From NCBI GenBank assembly GCA_039028615.1, contig JBCCHT010000020.1:96001-160000 (forward strand): a stretch of 64,000 bases of DNA, read 5' to 3'. Shown here in pieces: positions 57,998 through 64,000 of this stretch; the first letter of the stretch is position 1, and every line of letters starts with the position of its first letter. This DNA comes from Myxococcota bacterium (GTDB lineage: Bacteria; Myxococcota_A; Polyangia; Nannocystales; Nannocystaceae). Under the pieces are notes generated by a model. The model made no database searches, was not told the origin of the DNA, and saw only the letters and a program-made list of their open reading frames with translations. Made by a program: the position numbers and the translations under genes.

Positions 57998-59278
57998 TTG
58001 CCGTTCTCCGATCGCCGCGTCGACCCGTCACGAGCCGTTCCCGCCCTGTTGGCGCTCGCGCTGGCGTGGCCCGGCGCGGGGCTCGATGCACGCGCCGCCT
58101 CCGAGACACACACGCAGATCGACGCGAACGAGGCCGCACCCAAGGCCGGCCAATCGGGCAAGAAGAAGTCCGGCAAGAAAAAGTCGAACAACAAGAAGTC
58201 CGGCAAGAAAAAGTCCGGCAAGAAAAAGTCGAACAACAAGAAGTCCGGCAAGAAAAAGTCGAGCAACCAGTCCAACGAAAACGAGTCGGACGAAGCGGCG
58301 CCGGAGCCAAGTGACGACAACACCGTTTCGGACGCGAACACCGAAGAGACGCTCGAAGCGCTGAAGGAATCGGCGCCGCCCTTGCTTCCCACGACGACGA
58401 AAAAGGAGCCCGAACCGGAACCGGGGGTCAAGGTCGTGACCCCCATTCGGGTCCGAGGCTCCCTGTCTCGCAGCTCGCGGGGCACCTTGGTCAAGCGCCT
58501 GGAGGCCGCGCTCGCGGCCGCCGCTTGGCCCGATGAACCACTGCAAGCGCGGCTCCGGGTCAACGCTTCTCGCAAGCGGCGCTTTGGGATCACCCTGACA
58601 ATTTCCGATTTGGAGGGTTCGACCCGGGCCGAAGTCGCCGACGCGTGCGAGTCGTGCTCGGTCGACGATGCCGCCGCGTTGGTCGAAGGACTGGTGGGCA
58701 AAGTTGCGGCCCAGCTACGGCCACCAGAGCCCGTCGCAGGCCCGGCCACGATTACCGTGCGCAGTGACCCGAAGGGGGCATCACTGCGCGTCGATGGCAC
58801 GCAGCATGGAGCCACGCCGCAGACGGTCGAGCTTTCGCCGGGTGACCACGAGCTGGTGCTCGCGAAGCCGGGCTTCACCGAGCTCCGCCAGGCCCTCACC
58901 GTAGCCGCCGACGAGCAACGCGAGCTCGACCTCAAGCTCGTGCCCACGGCGACCGACGACGGACCCAAAGCCGGGCGGGGCTGGACGATCGGTGGCGCCA
59001 TCGCCCTCGGCCTCGGCGTGGCCGGAGCCGCCACCGGAGCCGCCTTGATCCTCATCGACGAGAGCGCACCGCCGCTCGAGTGCTCGCCCGACCAGGTCGA
59101 CTTCCGCGGCATCTGCCGCCACCGCTACGACACCTTGCTCGGCGGCATCATCGGCGCGGCCGCGGGTGGAGCCGGCATCGCGACCGGCGTCGGCTTGCTC
59201 ATCAAGGGCCACCTGGTCTCGGTCAAGGCCCGGGGCAACGCCGAGTCCGCCTCGATGAGCGTCACCCTGCGTTTTTGA
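57998..59278 (+). CDS. Exported PEGA-domain protein with Lys-rich repeat (start uncertain)
   Basis: VRSDPKGASLRVDG..GATP...PGDHELVLAKPGF; Gly-rich hydrophobic helices; terminal VTLRF. Confidence 0.85.
   Translation: MPFSDRRVDPSRAVPALLALALAWPGAGLDARAASETHTQIDANEAAPKAGQSGKKKSGKKKSNNKKSGKKKSGKKKSNNKKSGKKKSSNQSNENESDEAAPEPSDDNTVSDANTEETLEALKESAPPLLPTTTKKEPEPEPGVKVVTPIRVRGSLSRSSRGTLVKRLEAALAAAAWPDEPLQARLRVNASRKRRFGITLTISDLEGSTRAEVADACESCSVDDAAALVEGLVGKVAAQLRPPEPVAGPATITVRSDPKGASLRVDGTQHGATPQTVELSPGDHELVLAKPGFTELRQALTVAADEQRELDLKLVPTATDDGPKAGRGWTIGGAIALGLGVAGAATGAALILIDESAPPLECSPDQVDFRGICRHRYDTLLGGIIGAAAGGAGIATGVGLLIKGHLVSVKARGNAESASMSVTLRF
58154..58258 (+). repeat. 7 x 15-nt tandem repeat (SGKKK/SNNKK) with a 45-nt higher-order period
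   Basis: SGKKK SGKKK SNNKK SGKKK SGKKK SNNKK SGKKK. Confidence 0.9.
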
Positions 59279-59902
59279 TCACTCGACGATCAAGTACTCG
59301 ACGTCGTCGATGAACAGCCCCGCGCCCTGGTTGTTCGTCGCATCGATGTCGCAGCCGAAGCGGAACCGAAAGCGCAGCATCTGCCCCGGCTCGACCTCGT
59401 CGGCCTCGACATAGTCGTCGTGCCAGGTTCGATCGTTGCCGGACAACACCCCCTCGTTGAGCGACAGCGGCGAGCCGATCACCAGGCTGTCGAGCGAATA
59501 GGGGTAGCCCTCGTGGGTCGGCAGCATGCGCCACGGCTCGTCGTCGACCTGCACCTCGACCACCGCCCCGTCGGCGACGACATCCTCGGAGATCGGCGGG
59601 ATGTCGCTGTAGTACGAAAAGCGCAGGAAGCTGCGCTCGCCCGCCTCGAACTCGGGCGTCTGCAGCGACGCGTCACACAGCGAAGGCCAGCTGGTGCCGT
59701 CGCCGAAGCGCCACGACGACTCGCCCTCGCGCGCCTGCTCGGTGGTGCGCGCCCACTCGCCGGGCAGGCCACCTTCGGTGTGCAGCTGCTGCGGCGTGGG
59801 CCGGTTCTCCTCGACGTTGTCGTACCACTGCGAGACCGAGAAGTTCGGGTCGAGCTCCGTACAGCCGCACAGCAGCACGGCCATCACCAAGGCACTACGC
59901 AT
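59279..59902 (-). CDS. Lipoprotein with beta-sandwich (jelly-roll) domain
   Basis: LCGC lipobox; DGAVVEV, RFRFRFGCD, GLFIDDV. Confidence 0.8.
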   Translation of the reverse strand: MRSALVMAVLLCGCTELDPNFSVSQWYDNVEENRPTPQQLHTEGGLPGEWARTTEQAREGESSWRFGDGTSWPSLCDASLQTPEFEAGERSFLRFSYYSDIPPISEDVVADGAVVEVQVDDEPWRMLPTHEGYPYSLDSLVIGSPLSLNEGVLSGNDRTWHDDYVEADEVEPGQMLRFRFRFGCDIDATNNQGAGLFIDDVEYLIVE

Positions 59903-59993
59903 CCGCGCTCAGTCTAATCCAGGCCCGAGCCCAATTTCCACGCCGACGGGACCTTCGTGGGGACGACCGCGGCGCCCCGCCCCGCGAGCGCCG

Positions 59994-60812
59994 TCACAGT
60001 AGTAGCGACCACGCGGGATGCGTGACCCGGAGCGCCAGGAAGATGAGCGCGTTGCGGCGCTTCTTCTTGCTCCACAAGAACTTGAACTGACCGTCGAGGA
60101 AGGGCGGGCTCAGGAAGGCGCTGGCGACCTGCACCGATTCCTTGGCGTTGACCGCCTCGAGCTCTTCGCGGGTGAACCCCGCGCGGTAGCTCCGGGTCAC
60201 CCCCTCCTCGATCCAGCCCTCGGCGATGCGCTGGGCCTCCTCCATGAGCTTTTCGTGGGGCACGACCCAGTTCACCAGCCCGACCTCCTCGGCCTCGGCC
60301 GCGGTGGGCTTCCAGCCCTCCTCGCCGAGCATGCGCTGCGCCGAGTCCCCGAGCAGGCGCGGGAACATCACGCTGGAACAGCCTTCGGGGGGCACGCCGA
60401 GCGCATCGAAGGGCGTGGAGAAGGTCGCCTTCTCGGACGCGATGATGCCGTTGCACAGCGTCGCCGAGGTCACGCACGCCCCGATCGCAGGCCCGTTGGC
60501 CGCGATCAGGATCGGCTTGGGAAAATCGATGAACGCATCGAAGAGCGCCTGGTTGTGCTCGACGATGAAGGCGTGCAGCGCCTTGGGATGGCCGAGCTTG
60601 ATGGTCGCCCCCAGGTTGACGCCTGCGCAGTAGTACGGGTCCGTACCGGTAAAGATGAGCGCCTTGGTCTCCTCGTCCTTCGCCGCGGCCGCAAACGAGG
60701 CCTTGAGCGCGTCGATCATGTTGGCGGTCCACCCGTTGAGCCGGGCGGGATTGTTCATGGTCAGCGTCGTGACCCCGCGCGTGGTCTTCTTGAGGATGAG
60801 GTCCCCGGGCAT
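59994..60812 (-). CDS. Enoyl-CoA hydratase/isomerase (Delta3,Delta2-isomerase-like)
   Basis: TLTMNNPARLN, YYCAGVNL, FPKPILIAANGPAIG, PEGCSS, EAEEVGLVN. Confidence 0.92.
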   Translation of the reverse strand: MPGDLILKKTTRGVTTLTMNNPARLNGWTANMIDALKASFAAAAKDEETKALIFTGTDPYYCAGVNLGATIKLGHPKALHAFIVEHNQALFDAFIDFPKPILIAANGPAIGACVTSATLCNGIIASEKATFSTPFDALGVPPEGCSSVMFPRLLGDSAQRMLGEEGWKPTAAEAEEVGLVNWVVPHEKLMEEAQRIAEGWIEEGVTRSYRAGFTREELEAVNAKESVQVASAFLSPPFLDGQFKFLWSKKKRRNALIFLALRVTHPAWSLLL

Positions 60813-61143
60813 GCGGCGGAGCTTACCCCGTTCCCGCCGCCGCGCGCCGAGCCGGCCTGCCACCCACGCCCGCCGGGGTTCGTGCGCGAACGTAGGCTCT
60901 TCCCCGACCGACCTGAATGCGGGTTTGGTGCCGTTACGGCAGACCTCGCAGTGGAATTCGTTTCGGCGACCACCAAAGTGCGACGCGCTGAAACGACCCG
61001 ACACATGGCGGGCCGAGCGTACGCACGCGGTTTCGGTCACCGCCGCGCACCCGAGGCTCGACTTCGGGCCAGGCCCAAAACTGTCGCCCGAGGGTCCCCC
61101 AAGGGGGCGGGCTGGCGCTCGGCTTTCGGGTACCCTGTAAGGC

Positions 61144-64000
61144 CTGGGGAGCAGCGGCGACAGGCACCAGGACTCGCGGGGGTCCTCGAAGCGATCGGCG
61201 GCTGACGCGGGCGAACGCCCCGGCGGACGCATCGGTCGTTTCGTCGTGGTTTCGCGCCTCGGCGAGGGTGCGATGGGCATGGTCTATCTCGCCTACGATC
61301 CGCAGCTCGATCGCCGCGTCGCCCTGAAGGTCCTGCATCGCCGCGCGCGGTCCAAGCGAGCGACCAAAGAGCGTCAGCAGCGACTACGCCGCGAGGCGCA
61401 GGCGATGGCCCAGCTCAACCACGGCAACGTCGTCACCGTGCACGACGTGGGCGTCGCGGACGGGCGCGTGTTCCTGGCCATGGACTACGTCGAGGGCAAG
61501 ACCCTCCGCGACTGGCTCGAGGTGCGACGCCGCCCGTGGAACGAGGTGCTGCGGGTGCTCGTGTACGCCGCCCAGGGCCTGGCCGCCGCCCACGAAGCCG
61601 GGGTGATCCACCGCGACTTCAAGCCCGAGAACGTCCTCGTCGGCGACGACGGAGCGGTCAAGGTCATGGACTTCGGCCTCGCTCGCCCGCGCGGCGACGA
61701 GCACTCGTCGGGCATCTCCGACGTGCGCGAAGACGACGACCCCGAGCTCGAGTCCAGCCCCTCTGCTCGCACCGCGGCCGGCGTCCCCGACGAGGTCGAA
61801 GAGGCCAACTCGCAGGGCTGGTGGAAGGGCGAGTCCGGGCTCATCTCCATCGACGGCTCCCCCGACCTGACGCAATCCGGCGACGTGCTCGGCACGCCCA
61901 GCTACATGGCGCCCGAGCTGTTCGACGGCGGCGAGGCCGATGCCCGCAGCGACCAGTTCGCCCTGTGCGTCGCGATCTACGAGGGCCTGTACGGCGTGCG
62001 CCCCTTCGCGGGGGAGTCGATCGCCGCGCTCGCGTTCAACATGAACCGCAGCCGGCTCACCCCGCCGCCCAAGGACGCCCGGGTCCCCGCCTGGCTCGGC
62101 CGGCTCGTGCGACGCGGCCTGTCCCGTGACCCCGAAAAGCGCCACCCGTCGGTCCAGCACCTCATCGAAGCCTTGATCCAAGGCCGAGGCCGACGACGCG
62201 TACGCCAGACCGGGCTCGCCGCGGTCGGGGTCGTGCTCGCCGGGTGGGGCCTGACCTACGCCGTCACCCCCGACACCGTCCCCTGCCAGGGCGGCGAGGC
62301 CCGGGTGCAGCAGGTCTGGAACGAAGACCGCGCCGCCAAGATCATCGAAGCCGTGCAGGCCACCGGAGCCCCCTATGCCAGCGACGCCATCGATCGCGTC
62401 CGCCAGCGCATCGACGCCTACGCCAGCAGCTGGGTCGGCGTGTACACCGAGGTCTGCGAAGCCACCGCCATCCACGGCACCCAGTCCCCCGAAGAGCTCG
62501 ACAAGCGCATCGCCTGCCTCGACGATCGGCTCGAAGAACTCGACGCCTTGCTCGAGGTCTTGAGCGAAGCCGACCGTCGCGTGCCCGAGCGCGCCGCCCA
62601 GGCGGCCAGTGGCCTCCGCGGACCCTCGATGTGCACCGAGGACGAGCTCGAGGAGCGCGCCTCCTCCAACAATCCCGAGCGCCAGCAGCAGCTCGATGCC
62701 ATCGCCGGGCGGATGCTCCGGGCCGAAGCGCTCGCCCGAGCCGGCCGCTACGACGACGCCGTCGCTCTCGGCACCGAGATCGCGGCCGAAGCCGCGGGCC
62801 TGGGCGAGGCCTCCCTGCGCGTCGAGGCCCAGATCCAGCTCGGCATCGCCGAGGACATGGCCGGCGACTATGCCTCCGCCGCCGAGCACCTGCGCGACGC
62901 CTACTTCGTCGCCAAGGACGCCAGCCTCGACCTGCTCTCTGCTCAGGCTGCCGTCTCGCTCATCACCACCGAGGGCATCCACCTCGCGCACACCGAAGAG
63001 GGCCTCAGCTGGGCGCGCCATGCCGAAGCTGCCTTCGAGCGGGGCGACCCCGAGCCCGGCATGCGCAGCCGCTACCACCGGGCGCTCGGCTCCCTCTCCT
63101 TCCAGCGCTTCGATCTGGCCAAGGCCCGCGAGAACTACGAGCACGCGCTGGCCATCGACCGCGCCGAGCTCGGTGACGACCACGAAGAAGTCGCCTCCCT
63201 GCTCGCCCTCCTCGGCGCCGTGCAGGAGCAGTCCGGTCGTTCCGAGGACGCCATGGCCTCCTTCGACCGTGCCCTCGAGATCCACCGCAATGCCCTCGGC
63301 GCCGAGCATCCCCAGCTCGCCGTGCTGCACAACAACTACGCCGTCGTCCTCTTCGGTCGCCACGATCTCCCGGGTGCACAGACCCAGCTCGAGAAGGCGC
63401 TGGCCATCTACCGCAAGTCCATGGGCGAGCACCCCGGCACCGCCACCTTCATGGACAACCTCGGCGGCCTCATGCTCCTGCAAGGCGAGCACGCCCGCGG
63501 CCAGGCCCTCATCGAAGAGGGTCTCGCCATGCGCGAGAAGGTCCTCGGCCCCGAGCACTACACCGTCGCCAACTCCGTCACCAACCTCGGCAACGCCCTC
63601 GAGCTGTCGCGTGACTTCGGCGGTGCCCGCCGCAACTACGAGCGGGCGCTGGCCATCCTCGAAAAGAGCGGCAACCCGGATACGCCCGCCGTGGCGCGGA
63701 CGCTGTTCAACCTCGGGGCGCTCGCGCTGCGAGAAGGGGCGATCCAGCGGGGGTACGACCACTGCAAGCGATCGGTGGATATTGTCGAGAAGGTCGCGGG
63801 GCCCGAGCATCCCGAGATGGCGGGGCCGTTGGTGGGGCTGGGGTGGGCTCAGCTGGAGCTGCAGGAGAACGAAGAGGCACTGCTGACGCTCGAGCGGGCG
63901 TATGCGCTGCGGGAGCATGGACAGGCGGATGCGCCTGCCTTGGCGGCGTTGTTGTTGGCGCAGGCGCTGGATCAGACCGGTGGGGACGGGGATCGGGCGA
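61144..64000 (+). CDS. Membrane Ser/Thr kinase with TPR repeats, partial (runs off the window; absent from the ORF track)
   Basis: Frame 1: RIGRF..LGEGAMG, VALK, HRDFKPEN, DFG, GTPSYMAPE, later GAEHP/GPEH TPRs; start uncertain (CTG 61144 or GTG 61246). Confidence 0.9.
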   Translation, partial: MGSSGDRHQDSRGSSKRSAADAGERPGGRIGRFVVVSRLGEGAMGMVYLAYDPQLDRRVALKVLHRRARSKRATKERQQRLRREAQAMAQLNHGNVVTVHDVGVADGRVFLAMDYVEGKTLRDWLEVRRRPWNEVLRVLVYAAQGLAAAHEAGVIHRDFKPENVLVGDDGAVKVMDFGLARPRGDEHSSGISDVREDDDPELESSPSARTAAGVPDEVEEANSQGWWKGESGLISIDGSPDLTQSGDVLGTPSYMAPELFDGGEADARSDQFALCVAIYEGLYGVRPFAGESIAALAFNMNRSRLTPPPKDARVPAWLGRLVRRGLSRDPEKRHPSVQHLIEALIQGRGRRRVRQTGLAAVGVVLAGWGLTYAVTPDTVPCQGGEARVQQVWNEDRAAKIIEAVQATGAPYASDAIDRVRQRIDAYASSWVGVYTEVCEATAIHGTQSPEELDKRIACLDDRLEELDALLEVLSEADRRVPERAAQAASGLRGPSMCTEDELEERASSNNPERQQQLDAIAGRMLRAEALARAGRYDDAVALGTEIAAEAAGLGEASLRVEAQIQLGIAEDMAGDYASAAEHLRDAYFVAKDASLDLLSAQAAVSLITTEGIHLAHTEEGLSWARHAEAAFERGDPEPGMRSRYHRALGSLSFQRFDLAKARENYEHALAIDRAELGDDHEEVASLLALLGAVQEQSGRSEDAMASFDRALEIHRNALGAEHPQLAVLHNNYAVVLFGRHDLPGAQTQLEKALAIYRKSMGEHPGTATFMDNLGGLMLLQGEHARGQALIEEGLAMREKVLGPEHYTVANSVTNLGNALELSRDFGGARRNYERALAILEKSGNPDTPAVARTLFNLGALALREGAIQRGYDHCKRSVDIVEKVAGPEHPEMAGPLVGLGWAQLELQENEEALLTLERAYALREHGQADAPALAALLLAQALDQTGGDGDRA

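Noticed and set aside
61384..63918. 844-aa minus-strand ORF
   Set aside because: Shadow of the plus-strand kinase, whose catalytic motifs are clear.

Overview
High-GC bacterial DNA, almost certainly from a Nannocystis/Plesiocystis-like myxobacterium. This is inferred from a MYXO-CTERM-like protein, three TPR-tailed Ser/Thr kinases and many Thr/Asp-rich lipoproteins. Housekeeping genes (ctaA, asnS, queE, hemJ, cyaY, folK, tRNA-Val(TAC)) are mixed with accessory lipoproteins. The most notable element is a tightly coupled four-gene minus-strand operon at 15916->12440: (1) a MelC1-like caddie protein; (2) a 693-aa protein in which a Streptomyces-type tyrosinase domain with a degenerate CuA site is fused to 20 perfect TTxxxxEE plesiocin-type graspetide core repeats and an acidic tail ending PFGGY; (3) an ATP-grasp ligase with a DYR motif; (4) a small membrane protein. 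It looks like a graspetide (omega-ester RiPP) system whose precursor is fused to a (pseudo)tyrosinase. Other oddities are an aromatic amino-acid lyase homolog lacking the MIO triad and catalytic Tyr, a cation-chloride cotransporter fused to a P-loop NTPase with a probable CTG start, a six-repeat CxFGxCxxKGW lipoprotein, a sulfoquinovosidase-like GH31 lipoprotein, and many TAnnnT boxes 6-9 nt before start codons that suggest leaderless mRNAs. All family calls come from motif recognition by eye; no database searches were run.
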